This document shows positions 1 to 10,113 of a DNA stretch of 64,000 bases, piece after piece (within the stretch, counting starts at the first letter, position 1; every line of letters starts with the position of its first letter). Source of the stretch: Cyanobacteria bacterium P01_D01_bin.156. Its GTDB lineage: Bacteria; Cyanobacteriota; Cyanobacteriia; Phormidesmidales; Phormidesmidaceae. The notes below the pieces were generated by a model. It was given only the letters and a program-made list of their open reading frames with translations, was not told where the DNA came from and made no database searches. Location of the stretch: positions 1 to 64,000 of the forward strand of contig JBCCQQ010000031.1 of the NCBI GenBank assembly GCA_039024555.1, in the 5' to 3' direction. The position numbers were made by a program, and so were the translations under genes.

Positions 1-310
1 CAGTTGAAAGCGCTCCAATCTCTCTACCTCAACTTCAACCAACTGAGCAGCCTGCTGCCCGAAATGGGTCAGTTGAAAATGCTCCAATCTCTCTACCTCA
101 GCTTCAACCAACTGAGCAGCCTGCCGCCCGAAATGGGTCAGTTGCAATCGCTCCAATCCCTCGACCTCAGCTATAACCAACTGAGCAGCCTACCGCCCGA
201 AATGGGTCAGTTGCAATCGCTCCAATCCTTCTACCTTAGCTTCAACCAGCTGAGCAGCCTGCCGCCCGAAATGGGTCAGTTGCAATCGCTCCAATCCCTC
301 GACCTCAGCT
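1..310 (+). repeat. Tandem 69-bp near-identical repeats encoding LRR units (about 4.5 copies, continuing upstream of the window)
   Basis: Unit cagttg(a/c)aa..gctccaatc.ctc.acctcag..t..aaccaactgagcagcct.ccgcccgaaatgggt recurs at 1, 70, 139, 208 and 277. Confidence 0.95.
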
Positions 311-2334
311 ACAACAGTTCTTTGACAAACCCGCCTCCAGAGATTATTCAAGCAGGGACTGGAAAAATGCTCTCTTATTTAAGACAACAGCTAGAGCAGG
401 GAAAAGATTTCATTTATGAAGCTAAATTTTTGATTTTGGGTGAAGGTGGAGCAGGCAAGACATCTCTAGCCAGGAAGATTGAAAACGAAAGTTATAATTT
501 AAACTCTGATGAGGCATCTACGGAGGGAATAGATGTAATTCGCTGGGAGTTTGATTTTCAAAAAGATAAGCCATTTCGCGTCAACATCTGGGATTTTGGT
601 GGTCAGGAGATTTATCACGCAACCCACCAATTTTTTCTTACAAAGCGGTCTCTTTATGCGCTCGTTGTCGATACACGAGAAGACAACACGAATTTATATT
701 ACTGGCTCAATATTGTTCGCTTGCTCAGTAATAACAGCCCTACGTTTCTTGTCGAGAATGAGAAACAAGACCGTACTTGTCGAGTGAATGAACGCCAGTT
801 ACGGGGTGAATTTCTAAGTTTGAAAGAGATTTTGGTGACAAATCTCAAAACCAATCGTGGACTTGATGATATTAAAGCCACGATTCAGCAATATATCTCT
901 GCACTGCCCCATGTTGGGCAGGCACTGCCGAAAAAGTGGGTTGATGTCCGTAAAGCTCTTGAAGGTGATTCACGCAACTACATCTCTTTGAATGAGTATC
1001 ATCAGATTTGTGAAGCAAATAACTTTCGACAGCGAAAAGATCAGCTGCAGCTTAGTGATTATCTACATGACTTAGGCGTTTGCCTCCATTTTCAATCCGA
1101 TTCGTTGCTTAAAAAGATTCTTATTCTCAAGCCTGAGTGGGGGACCACTGCCGTTTATAAAGCTTTGGACACGAAAGAAGTTAAAGACAATTTAGGCCGC
1201 TTTAACCGCACTCAACTCAATAATATTTGGAACGAACGTCAATACGCCGATGTTCGGGATGAGCTGCTTCAGCTCATGATGAAATTTAAGCTCTGTTATC
1301 AAATTCCTGGTACTAACGATGAGTACATTGCCCCTCAATTACTGGGCGACAATCAGCCTGATTATATCTGGGATAAGAGTAATAACCTGCTGCTGCACTA
1401 TCGCTATGACTTCATGCCTAAAGGCATTCTTACCCGACTAATTGTCGAAATGCACAAGTTCATTGAAGCCCAAACCTTGGTTTGGAAAAGTGGGGTTGTA
1501 TTAACCAATGGCGCTGCCAGAGCTGAAGTGATCGAGCTGTACCATCGCGGTGAAATTCATCTGCGGGTCAGCGGTGTGCGCCCAGAAGAGCTACGTACCG
1601 TCATCACCCATGAAATTGATCAAATTAACGGTTCCTTCGAGCGCATTCGAGTACAAAAGCTCATTCCTTGTAACTGTTCTACCTGTGATGGCAACGAAAA
1701 CCCGTACTTTTATCAACTTGATAAATTATACGAGCGCATTGCCAACAACAAACAAACCATCGAATGTGGTAAACCTCCTTATGAGGATGTGCGTGTCCGC
1801 GGACTTATTGATGAAACTAGTCAGCTGTTTCCCAAAGAATCCTGGCCAACTCAAACAGAAAAAAACATGAAAACTCCCAAAATCTTCATCAGCTATGCCC
1901 ATGAAGATGAGCAGTTCAAAGAGAAGCTCGACAAGATGATGGCGGGCATGAAGCGTCGTGGTGTGATTGAAACCTGGCAAGATCGTCTGATAGAACCTGG
2001 GGATGACTGGTACGAGTCTATTCAAACGGCCATGAACGATGCCGATATTGCACTGTTGCTCATTAGTGACGACTTTATCGAATCTCGCTTTATCAATGAA
2101 ACAGAAGTGCCCAAATTGCTCGAACGACGTCAGGCGGAGGGTATGCGAGTTATTCCAATTATTGTGCGACCCTGCCTCTGGACAAGCGAGCCTATTCTCA
2201 ATAAGCTGCAAGCTCTGCCCAAAGATGGGAAACCCGTCATTACCTTTGATAAGGACAATGGCGATCGCGACCAAGCCTGGACTGACATTGCTAAGGCAAT
2301 CGAGAAAATTTCAAAAACTTTCCAAGCAAAATAA
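4..2334 (+). CDS. LRR-Roc GTPase-COR-TIR (Roco family) protein, 5' end lies outside the window
   Basis: 23-aa LRRs (LQSLDLSYNQLSSLPPEMGQ), P-loop GEGGAGKTS, G3 WDFGGQE, COR region, CNCSTC..EC Cys cluster, C-terminal TIR (KIFISYAHED, WQDRLIEPGDDW, ALLLISDDF, VIPIIVRPC). Confidence 0.9.
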   Translation: MKALQSLYLNFNQLSSLLPEMGQLKMLQSLYLSFNQLSSLPPEMGQLQSLQSLDLSYNQLSSLPPEMGQLQSLQSFYLSFNQLSSLPPEMGQLQSLQSLDLSYNSSLTNPPPEIIQAGTGKMLSYLRQQLEQGKDFIYEAKFLILGEGGAGKTSLARKIENESYNLNSDEASTEGIDVIRWEFDFQKDKPFRVNIWDFGGQEIYHATHQFFLTKRSLYALVVDTREDNTNLYYWLNIVRLLSNNSPTFLVENEKQDRTCRVNERQLRGEFLSLKEILVTNLKTNRGLDDIKATIQQYISALPHVGQALPKKWVDVRKALEGDSRNYISLNEYHQICEANNFRQRKDQLQLSDYLHDLGVCLHFQSDSLLKKILILKPEWGTTAVYKALDTKEVKDNLGRFNRTQLNNIWNERQYADVRDELLQLMMKFKLCYQIPGTNDEYIAPQLLGDNQPDYIWDKSNNLLLHYRYDFMPKGILTRLIVEMHKFIEAQTLVWKSGVVLTNGAARAEVIELYHRGEIHLRVSGVRPEELRTVITHEIDQINGSFERIRVQKLIPCNCSTCDGNENPYFYQLDKLYERIANNKQTIECGKPPYEDVRVRGLIDETSQLFPKESWPTQTEKNMKTPKIFISYAHEDEQFKEKLDKMMAGMKRRGVIETWQDRLIEPGDDWYESIQTAMNDADIALLLISDDFIESRFINETEVPKLLERRQAEGMRVIPIIVRPCLWTSEPILNKLQALPKDGKPVITFDKDNGDRDQAWTDIAKAIEKISKTFQAK

Positions 2335-2716
2335 TTTCGTACAAGAAGAATTTTTGACTACCTGTTAATTTCATCCATAGAACCGGCTTAGCTAGGAGCT
2401 ACTTGTTCGTACTTATACTCGGTGTAAACGTACTTTCAACTAAACTGAAAGACATGTTATTGATTACAACAGTTAGCCTCGCCTAGGGTTAGCTAGTATG
2501 AGAAATGGAACAATTACTCTTCAATCTAGCCATTTTTAGAAGAACTACAGGTGTATTTCACAAGAAGTATTTGTCTAGACAACAGCGACTGTTATTTCAT
2601 TCACGTAGTATTTGTAAAAAATGCATAATCCATGACCTTTAGTGAAATCACAGTCCGGAGTATCAATAAAAATAGGCGGATAGATAACAAATTAGTCACC
2701 TACCTGAGGATGACCC

Positions 2717-3766
2717 GTGAATTATCTCGCCCCCAACAATGTTCAATCCTCTACTTCTCAATATTTACTCAATACTTGGAAAAACAGATATGTTGCTACT
2801 GTTCAAACCATAGCGACAAATCCGACAAATTCTAGAAAATATCCGCTAGAATTTGTTGCTTCCCAAGCCGGGCGTAAGAGAACCTTGGAAAAGCTGCCGG
2901 ATAAGCTAATTAAGTCGGCCTGTCATAATGCAGCAGCGAGAACCAAGCGATTATACCTAGACCATCAATATTTAAAGTTCAACGACACGGTTGACTTATC
3001 TAAGTTCACCCTAAAAACAATTCCTGTTCTATTAAACTGCTATCAACAACAGGCTCCATTGGTGATCAATCCCGATAACGGTGCTGCTGATAATGCTTCA
3101 GAGTTGCAGTTTGGCATTTCTGATGTTAGTACCTTAGCCAACCACCTGGGCAACTGTTTTACAGAGTTTGAGGCACAGCATTCTACATCCAAAGATTGGT
3201 TGGTGCAGTGCTTTCTAACCTCACAGATTAGTTTAGCCAGCACGTCTCTGTTGGCTGCATTAGATCCCGTAGAGCAGACTATGCTTGGCCCCTACTTTAA
3301 CCTATTAGAAGAGTATGTATCCATACCTTGGTGGCGATTGTGTCTCTCTGCAGATCGATTTGATCGGCTATCGCCTCACTATAAGCTAGTAGAGAAACTG
3401 CTAGCCCGTACATCAGAGATTTCTTTGACCGTCTACCGGCGCTGGAGCCAACAATTTGATATCTACTCCAGTACCCGAGGTACTCTAAGCGACCTAAAAA
3501 TCCGTCGTTCGTCACTGCGGGATTTTGATATGTTTCAGGTCTATCTGTGGCTAAGTTTGCTGCAGGGTAATTTAAACGTTATTGAAACAGAGCTGGTACC
3601 ATTTTGCACCTATATCTATAAAGGTATTGGCATTCCATGGCAAATGACCGTTGCTGGCACTCAATTATTATTAGAAGAGATTCTAATGCGTTTGAGAGCG
3701 GATGAAAAAGCAATAGCTGTTAACTATATTCAGGGAATGATGCAGGCGTTTCAGGCCGCTGCGTAG
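2717..3766 (+). CDS. Hypothetical protein with C-terminal phycobiliprotein-like (globin-fold) domain
   Basis: 349-aa ORF; C-terminal SSLRDFDMFQVYLWLSLLQGNLNVIETELVPFCTYIYKGIGIP aligns by eye with allophycocyanin [43 protein letters not shown]. Confidence 0.6.
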   Translation: MNYLAPNNVQSSTSQYLLNTWKNRYVATVQTIATNPTNSRKYPLEFVASQAGRKRTLEKLPDKLIKSACHNAAARTKRLYLDHQYLKFNDTVDLSKFTLKTIPVLLNCYQQQAPLVINPDNGAADNASELQFGISDVSTLANHLGNCFTEFEAQHSTSKDWLVQCFLTSQISLASTSLLAALDPVEQTMLGPYFNLLEEYVSIPWWRLCLSADRFDRLSPHYKLVEKLLARTSEISLTVYRRWSQQFDIYSSTRGTLSDLKIRRSSLRDFDMFQVYLWLSLLQGNLNVIETELVPFCTYIYKGIGIPWQMTVAGTQLLLEEILMRLRADEKAIAVNYIQGMMQAFQAAA

Positions 3767-3812
3767 AAAACTGCGTAAAAATAAAGTCTGTAGAGAGCTC
3801 TAGGTGGATGCT

Positions 3813-3920
3813 ATGCCCGATGATGTTGTGCCATTTCTGATCGGGGTTGGAATGCTTGTAGCCTATTTATTTTGGTCAGCAGCGACAGAAATGGGCACCC
3901 GTTGGCCCTGGCGACGTTAA
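3813..3920 (+). CDS. 35-aa small single-pass membrane protein (not in the ORF track)
   Basis: ATG at 3813 with AGGTGG RBS-like sequence 5 nt upstream; MPDDVVPFLIGVGMLVAYLFWSAATEMGTRWPWRR*; acidic N-terminus, hydrophobic helix, basic C-terminus; fills the gap between two + strand genes. Confidence 0.55.
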   Translation: MPDDVVPFLIGVGMLVAYLFWSAATEMGTRWPWRR

Positions 3921-3950
3921 ATTGTAATCAGCAACGCCCTTTTTTTGATT

Positions 3951-4226
3951 ATGCCCCAGTGCGAACTTTGCCAGCGTGACTGCCCAAAGCTAACGGAACA
4001 TCATCTTGTTCCTCGTCAGCAAACTAAACGTAAAAAGCAGGACCCAGGCCCTACCACGGATATTTGTGCCCCGTGCCATAAACAAATCCATGTGCTGTTT
4101 ACCAACAAGGAGCTAGCCCAGGATTTAAACACGGTAGATCGGTTACGATCCCACCCAAAGATGGAAAAGTTTTTAGCCTGGATTCGAAAACAAGATCCGT
4201 ACAAAAAAGTGCGTACGTTTCGCTAA
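3951..4226 (+). CDS. Small HNH endonuclease-like zinc-finger protein
   Basis: CELC..TEHHLVP..ICAPCHKQIH motif; ATG at 3951. Confidence 0.8.
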   Translation: MPQCELCQRDCPKLTEHHLVPRQQTKRKKQDPGPTTDICAPCHKQIHVLFTNKELAQDLNTVDRLRSHPKMEKFLAWIRKQDPYKKVRTFR

Positions 4227-4999
4227 CGGGTAAAACTTGGGTCAATGCTGACCCATAGGGTTACATCGAACTGTTCAGGGCTGATGCTGGCATCTAAAAT
4301 TCGAGTGGTAATACCAGACGCTTCTAAGCGACGTAGGCTGAGGAGGTCTTCCATGTTTTCAAAGATCTGTTCCGGTACAGGGCTATCGTTTACGGAGACT
4401 TCTGGGTCCAAAAGAATCAATCGATGACCGTTTTCAATGGTAAAGCCAGTTTGAGCTTTGATCTTTAAATTCTCTTCTCGAATAGGGTCATTCAGGTCTA
4501 GCTCTAGCTGTAGGCGGTTATTAGCCAAGAAAGTGGCCTTCGGATTTGTCAGTTGGTAACGGTTAAACTCACGAGATTGGGCGGCATTATCCAGGGGAAT
4601 ATTTATTTCATTGAGCTGTTGGATAAATTCGGGAGACTGCAAATATTGGTTCAAATCCTCGGGTGTAATCACCACATGCAGTGCACCGTTCAGCGGCTGA
4701 TCCAAAACCACCTTGCCCCGCTGCAGCTTGCCAAAGTCTAAATCGATCGGGTCGGTTTCTAGGTCCGCGATCGCAACCCGAAACCCTGGCACTGGATATA
4801 TTCCCCGTGTGCCCACCTGCAGTCCATCGATTTTGCCCTTAAGTAAATTGAAGTTAGAACCGTTATCCACCCGCACCTGGATATCTTCCGCCCCATTAAG
4901 CCGAGACCGGAGCGCATTTTCGGCTAGAGTATCCAGACCAAACCCAATGGGCGAGCCAATGAATAACAGACTAGACAGCAGGATTGAAATAAATTCCAT
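4223..4999 (-). CDS. DUF2993/LmeA-like protein
   Basis: N-terminal hydrophobic anchor MEFISILLSSLL; LLKGKIDGLQV and ADLETDPIDLD motifs; start re-assigned to ATG at 4999 because the upstream extension is heptamer repeat. Confidence 0.75.
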   Translation of the reverse strand: MEFISILLSSLLFIGSPIGFGLDTLAENALRSRLNGAEDIQVRVDNGSNFNLLKGKIDGLQVGTRGIYPVPGFRVAIADLETDPIDLDFGKLQRGKVVLDQPLNGALHVVITPEDLNQYLQSPEFIQQLNEINIPLDNAAQSREFNRYQLTNPKATFLANNRLQLELDLNDPIREENLKIKAQTGFTIENGHRLILLDPEVSVNDSPVPEQIFENMEDLLSLRRLEASGITTRILDASISPEQFDVTLWVSIDPSFTR

Positions 5000-5010
5000 A
5001 GGAATAGTTT

Positions 5011-5126
5011 GGAAGTCGGAGTTCGGAGTTCGGAATTCAGATGTCTTCTTGCAAAAACTACACCGGTCAAAGTCCTCAAATGATCTTAGGCGGCTTCCGA
5101 ATTCCGAATTCAAAATTCCGAATTAG
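5011..5126. repeat. Heptamer (STRR-like) fold-back repeat
   Basis: ggaagtc-ggagttc-ggagttc-ggaattc followed about 55 nt later by the complementary ttccgaa-ttccgaa-ttcaaaa-ttccgaa. Confidence 0.8.
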
Positions 5127-5127
5127 T

Positions 5128-6936
5128 TTAGTTTTTAATAGCCTCATCCACCCATTGCTTAACGGTGCTCACCACCTGATCAAGAGCCAGTTCCATCGAT
5201 TCACCATCAGCCCGCTTAACCGCTTCTACCTTACCCTCTTTCAAAGAGCGACCGGTAACGATCCGGAAGGGAATACCGATTAGTTCTGAATCTTTGAATT
5301 TTACGCCCGCCCGTTCTTTGCGGTCGTCCAGCAGAGTTTCCACACCGGCTGCATTGAGCTCTTCGTAGAGTTTTTCCGCTGCAGCCATTTGAGCATCATC
5401 ATTAATATTGGGGACGACAACTACAGCATGGTAGGGTGCGATCGCAACCGGCCAGATGATGCCATTTTTGTCGTAGGACTGTTCCACCGCTGCTTGGGCT
5501 AGTCGGGATACACCAATGCCGTAGCAGCCCATTACCAACGGCTGAGCTTTGCCATTTTCATCGGTGTAGGTGGCTTCCATCGTCTGGGAGTATTTTGTCC
5601 CCAGCTGGAAAATATGACCGATTTCAATTCCCCGTGCTGTTTGGATTAGCTGGCTAGGGTCGTGGACCGCGCGATCGCCAGCGGTAGCATTGCGGATATC
5701 CAAAACGATTTTGGGTAACTCAAACTGGTCTCCCCAGTTAGCCCCGACCACGTGGTAGCCCTTTTCATTAGCTCCGGTGGCAAAGTCCTTGAGCTCCACT
5801 GCCGTTTCATCCACCAGCCTGAGGAATTTCGGTGCCACTGTGTCCAACTTTTGAATATAGTCATCGCCAATGTCCGGGGCAATATAGCCCAGGGGCAATG
5901 GCTTAGTGGCCCATTTGGCCTGCGCCTCTGGATCAGGCACCTCCAGGGATAACAGGGTGGAGGCATCGTACTCTGATGCCAGATTGGTGAGGGCGTTTTG
6001 TAGCTTAGTTTCGTTAACGTCCTGGTCGCCGCGAATGTTAATCAACACCAGTACCGTCAGACCATTGTCATAAACGGCCTGATACAGAACATTTTTAACA
6101 ATCTGCGTGGGGGAGCATTCTAGAAACGCTGCCATGGTTTCAATGGTGGAGGTATTGGGCGTTTCTAGCTTTTTGTACTCATTAAACTTAGACGGTACGG
6201 CATCTACGGGCAGGGATACGGCCTTTTCCACATTAGCGGCGTACTTACCGTCCTCGGTATACAGCACTTCATCTTCCCCAGCCTCCGCCAGCACCATAAA
6301 CTCATGGGAGCCGGACCCGCCAATGGCACCAGAATCGGCTTCCACGGCTCGAAACTTTAGGCCACAGCGGCTAAGTATCTTGCTGTAGGCCTGGTACATG
6401 TCGTTATAGGTTTCTTTGAGGCTATCGATATTTGCATGAAACGAATAGCCATCTTTCATAATGAATTCACGACCGCGCATTAGGCCAAACCGGGGACGAA
6501 TTTCGTCGCGAAACTTGGTTTGAATCTGGTATAGGTGGGTGGGCAGCTGACGGTAAGAACGCACCATGTCCCGAGCCACCGCCGTAATCACCTCTTCATG
6601 GGTGGGGCCAAGGGCCACTTCCTGCTGCCGTCGGTCCGTCAGGGCAAACATAATGCCTTCCGCTTTGGTGTAGGTGTCCCACCGTCCCGACTGTTGCCAT
6701 AGTTCGGCAGGCTGTAGCTGGGGCAGTAGGCACTCTTGCGCCCCCGTTGCGTTCATTTCCTCGCGAACAACATTAGATACCTTATTGAGCACCCGCAGCA
6801 TTAGGGGCAAATAGGCAAACACACCGCTCGAAACTCGACGGATGTAACCCGCCCGTAGCATTAGCTTGTGGCTGGGAATTTCCGCCTCCGCCGGATCTTC
6901 ACGCAGCGTGACAAACAGCATCTGGGACAGGCGCAT
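5128..6936 (-). CDS. proS: Proline--tRNA ligase (with INS editing domain)
   Basis: [74 protein letters not shown], anticodon-binding domain. Confidence 0.98.
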   Translation of the reverse strand: MRLSQMLFVTLREDPAEAEIPSHKLMLRAGYIRRVSSGVFAYLPLMLRVLNKVSNVVREEMNATGAQECLLPQLQPAELWQQSGRWDTYTKAEGIMFALTDRRQQEVALGPTHEEVITAVARDMVRSYRQLPTHLYQIQTKFRDEIRPRFGLMRGREFIMKDGYSFHANIDSLKETYNDMYQAYSKILSRCGLKFRAVEADSGAIGGSGSHEFMVLAEAGEDEVLYTEDGKYAANVEKAVSLPVDAVPSKFNEYKKLETPNTSTIETMAAFLECSPTQIVKNVLYQAVYDNGLTVLVLINIRGDQDVNETKLQNALTNLASEYDASTLLSLEVPDPEAQAKWATKPLPLGYIAPDIGDDYIQKLDTVAPKFLRLVDETAVELKDFATGANEKGYHVVGANWGDQFELPKIVLDIRNATAGDRAVHDPSQLIQTARGIEIGHIFQLGTKYSQTMEATYTDENGKAQPLVMGCYGIGVSRLAQAAVEQSYDKNGIIWPVAIAPYHAVVVVPNINDDAQMAAAEKLYEELNAAGVETLLDDRKERAGVKFKDSELIGIPFRIVTGRSLKEGKVEAVKRADGESMELALDQVVSTVKQWVDEAIKN

Positions 6937-7024
6937 AGTTCAGCAGATTCTCACAACATCAACACAGTGTAGTGCATGTTTAGGCGCAAATTTTGGTTTG
7001 AAGAGACGATTTTCCCAGGTGCTT

Positions 7025-7060
7025 GGAGTTCGAAACTAGGAGTTCGGAGTTCGGAATTGG
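7025..7060. repeat. Heptamer (STRR-like) repeat
   Basis: ggagttc-gaaacta-ggagttc-ggagttc-ggaattg. Confidence 0.7.
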
Positions 7061-7085
7061 GAAAGACAGAGCGTTCCAAATTCAG

Positions 7086-8438
7086 CTATCTGGGCAGTGT
7101 CACTGTAAATATGGTCTTCTGTTTGGTGCTTTTTAGTTCAAGGGTGCCGCCCAAGTTGGTCACTAGCTGCTTAGCGATGGCTAGACCCAGGCCGCTGCCG
7201 CCATACTGCTTTTGGTTCAGTTCGGGAATACGGTAGAACTTATCAAAAACGTAGGGCTGGTGCTGGGTGGGAATGTGAACACCGGTATTTGCTATCTCAA
7301 TTTCAACGGTTGTCTTTATCGCTTTAACCTTGAGGGTCACGGTTTTATCTGCCGGGGTATAGTGCAGGGCATTGTTAATCAGCTCCGTCATCGTCCGTTC
7401 CAGCTGGTTGATGTCAGATTCTAATAAAATGGGCTCCTGGGGAATTTTACTGGTGAGATTTAAAGATTCCTCTTCAAATCGGGCTTTAAAGGTGCGTAGC
7501 AAAGAGGGCAGCCAGCTGCTGAGGTCCATTAACACCGGCTCTGATGCTGTTTGATTGGCCGGAAACATCAGGGTAATGAGATTATCGACAAACTGCTTTT
7601 GCCGCCGACATTCCTGACTGAGTAAACTAACAACTTTTAGAATCGTCTTTTTCTGGGGTACCGCCCGCCACGGGGTACCTCTAACGATTTTCTCTAATGT
7701 TTGGGTAGAGAGCTGAATGTTACCCAGGGGGACAAAAAGTTCATGGGAAATAAGCTTTAAAAACTCTTCTTTGGATTTCTGTAACTGTTGAATTTCTGTC
7801 TGTTGCTGACCGATAGTTTCCCGTAGCTGAGCCTGGTGGAGTGCGATCGCAACAACATCAATAAGTTGTTTTAATTGATGTTGTTCAGTCTCGCTAAAGC
7901 TAGTTTGCTCAGGTCGAGTTAACCACACGGCTCCCAACAACTTGGCATTAATCACCATGGGACACCCTAACCAAGCCAAAGAGTCAGGGCTCAGCCCTAC
8001 CACCGCCGGATGGCCGGAACGAAACAATGTCAGATTTCCTTCAATGAGAGGATAATAAATGTCCCAAATTTGTTCGAGGGAGCGGGACTCATGGAGCACT
8101 GTCGACCAACCACTGCCAATACTTGCTAGCAACGTGGCTGTACGATGATTAGCGTTGTATAGCTCTATTTGGCAACCTTGTAAGTCAAAGTTTTCTAAGA
8201 TAGCCTTTGGCAACCATCCGCACAAATCTGATACACTACACTCCTTTTGTGCAAGCATCAAAATATCTTCTATCAAGGCTTGTTGAAAGTTTTTTCCAGT
8301 TTCTGCAGTAGTTATGTTTTCCAATGTTGCTGGTGAGACCGAGCTAGTGGTTTCAGCCTTGAATGCGGCAAATTCCAACTCGCTATTTTCCAAAATTGAC
8401 TTACCCTCCTGCACCAAGGAAAGTGACTTCGCATTCAA
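7086..8438 (-). CDS. GAF-domain sensor histidine kinase
   Basis: GAF-like region, H-box FLKLISHELFVPL, N-box ELINNALHY, G-boxes NTGVHI and GGSGLGLAIAK. Confidence 0.88.
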   Translation of the reverse strand: MNAKSLSLVQEGKSILENSELEFAAFKAETTSSVSPATLENITTAETGKNFQQALIEDILMLAQKECSVSDLCGWLPKAILENFDLQGCQIELYNANHRTATLLASIGSGWSTVLHESRSLEQIWDIYYPLIEGNLTLFRSGHPAVVGLSPDSLAWLGCPMVINAKLLGAVWLTRPEQTSFSETEQHQLKQLIDVVAIALHQAQLRETIGQQQTEIQQLQKSKEEFLKLISHELFVPLGNIQLSTQTLEKIVRGTPWRAVPQKKTILKVVSLLSQECRRQKQFVDNLITLMFPANQTASEPVLMDLSSWLPSLLRTFKARFEEESLNLTSKIPQEPILLESDINQLERTMTELINNALHYTPADKTVTLKVKAIKTTVEIEIANTGVHIPTQHQPYVFDKFYRIPELNQKQYGGSGLGLAIAKQLVTNLGGTLELKSTKQKTIFTVTLPR

Positions 8439-9028
8439 TAATTGTCTGAAATTAGTTAACTGAATACTCTTATAAAGTAGGGCATGTGATTAGCCCTACA
8501 TCTAGTCAGACCAATAGAGCTAGATGATGAATCACCCAAAAATCTCTACTGTGTTTAAGGATATACCTAAGGGACTAATAAGAGGCTAAAAGTATTTTTG
8601 AAGCGAACAGAAATATCAAGTTTAACTTCTAAAACAGATATCCATTTTATAGAAATCTGATTGCAAAAGTATGTATAAAATGAGTGCTTTCTAATTAGGG
8701 ATTAATACTCAAAGACTTTCATCAACTTAGTTTTGAGCAAAATTAAGGGGACATTACTGACGGGCTTTTGAAGATAGTATCAATGCTTATATAAACTGCT
8801 TTTAGCCCTTCACCGCACTGTACGAATTTCTAATGAAAACTATGTCTAAAACTTGAAAACTTCAATTTCCCAAGAATTCAAGGGGGATTAATGCTTTCTC
8901 AAGAAGCCATAGTCGAGATAAAAACCGATTTGAAACCTCACATGGACTCAATAGATGTATTAGACTCTAGCGACCCTTGAAACGTCGATTTGATGACACA
9001 TTAATTTAAAAATGTATCGAATTGTTAA

Positions 9029-9058
9029 GCTCGTAGATTTTCATGGAAATCTACGAGC
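9029..9058. other. Perfect 12-bp inverted repeat in the divergent HK/RR intergenic region
   Basis: gctcgtagattt-tcatgg-aaatctacgagc. Confidence 0.7.
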
Positions 9059-9377
9059 GGGATTCGGTCTGGGCGATGTTAGAGTTAATACTTAGCAAGA
9101 CTTCATCAACCTATTTAGACAACGCAAAATTAAGGAGGAGTTAGCTCTTTAAAATCATTTGTTAACTCATTTTAAATCCTTTTCTTGGAAGGGTTCTTAG
9201 GTCCTAAGGCTGTGGTCACGCGACCCATTCTTGTCACTGATTCTTGGTGCTGTATTGTAACCTAGCTCTATGACCTAAAAACTCTTGCCGATTTTACCTC
9301 AACGGTTCTCTAAGGCAGCAAAACTGACGTCTTTGACGCTCATTTTGCAGGACTGTGCATTGAGGTTATGTTTGGTA

Positions 9378-10094
9378 ATGAAGCGAAAATCTATCATCCT
9401 GATCGTTGAGGATGAAGTGCATATTCGTAATGCGCTGCAGCGACATCTAACCAGAGCAGGGTACGATGTGCTTCTGGCTGCAGATGGTGAAGACGCCATT
9501 GCACAATTTAGGGCTTACGATATTGATCTAGTCGTTCTAGATATTTTGATTCCTAAGCTAGATGGTTTAGAAGTGTGCCAGCGCATTCGTGAAGAGTCGG
9601 ATGTGCCTATCATTATTGCAACAGTGCTAGGTAGTACGGCTGATCGAGTGGCCGGCTTGGACTTGGGGGCAACTGACTATATTGTTAAGCCGTTTTCCAG
9701 TCGTGAGCTAGTGGCGCGCATTCGCACAATCCTAAGGCGTGTTGTACCACAGACGTTAAGAGAACAACAATCATCAACATTGTTCAATGATATGGAGTCC
9801 ATTACGGTTGGCGGACTAACCTTACATCCTCAAACCCGTAAGGTCTATAACCAAACCACCCATATTCGTTTCACAGAAATAGAGTTTCACATTCTCTATC
9901 TGTTGGCTCAGGCTCCAGGAGAAATTTTGACCCGGGAAACCATACTGCAAAACGTGTGGGGGTATGCAGATGGTAGCGAGGTGGAAACTAAGGCCTTAGA
10001 TGTGCATATTTCCCATGTACGAACAAAACTTGGGCGGAGTTCAGTCCGGATTATGACCATTCAGGGACGGGGCTATATGTTGTTGACACGTTAG
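9378..10094 (+). CDS. OmpR-family response regulator
   Basis: ILIVEDE, DLVVLDILIPKLDG, KPF, winged-helix FTEIEFHIL..LDVHISHVRTKL..IQGRGY; start taken at ATG 9378. Confidence 0.93.
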   Translation: MKRKSIILIVEDEVHIRNALQRHLTRAGYDVLLAADGEDAIAQFRAYDIDLVVLDILIPKLDGLEVCQRIREESDVPIIIATVLGSTADRVAGLDLGATDYIVKPFSSRELVARIRTILRRVVPQTLREQQSSTLFNDMESITVGGLTLHPQTRKVYNQTTHIRFTEIEFHILYLLAQAPGEILTRETILQNVWGYADGSEVETKALDVHISHVRTKLGRSSVRIMTIQGRGYMLLTR

Positions 10095-10113
10095 GACGGT
10101 GGCTGACCTGCTG

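Noticed and set aside
5000..5113. N-terminal extensions of the DUF2993 ORF and, likewise, GST (20955-21077)
   Set aside because: The extensions translate heptamer repeats (SEFRTPNS); downstream ATGs match the family starts.
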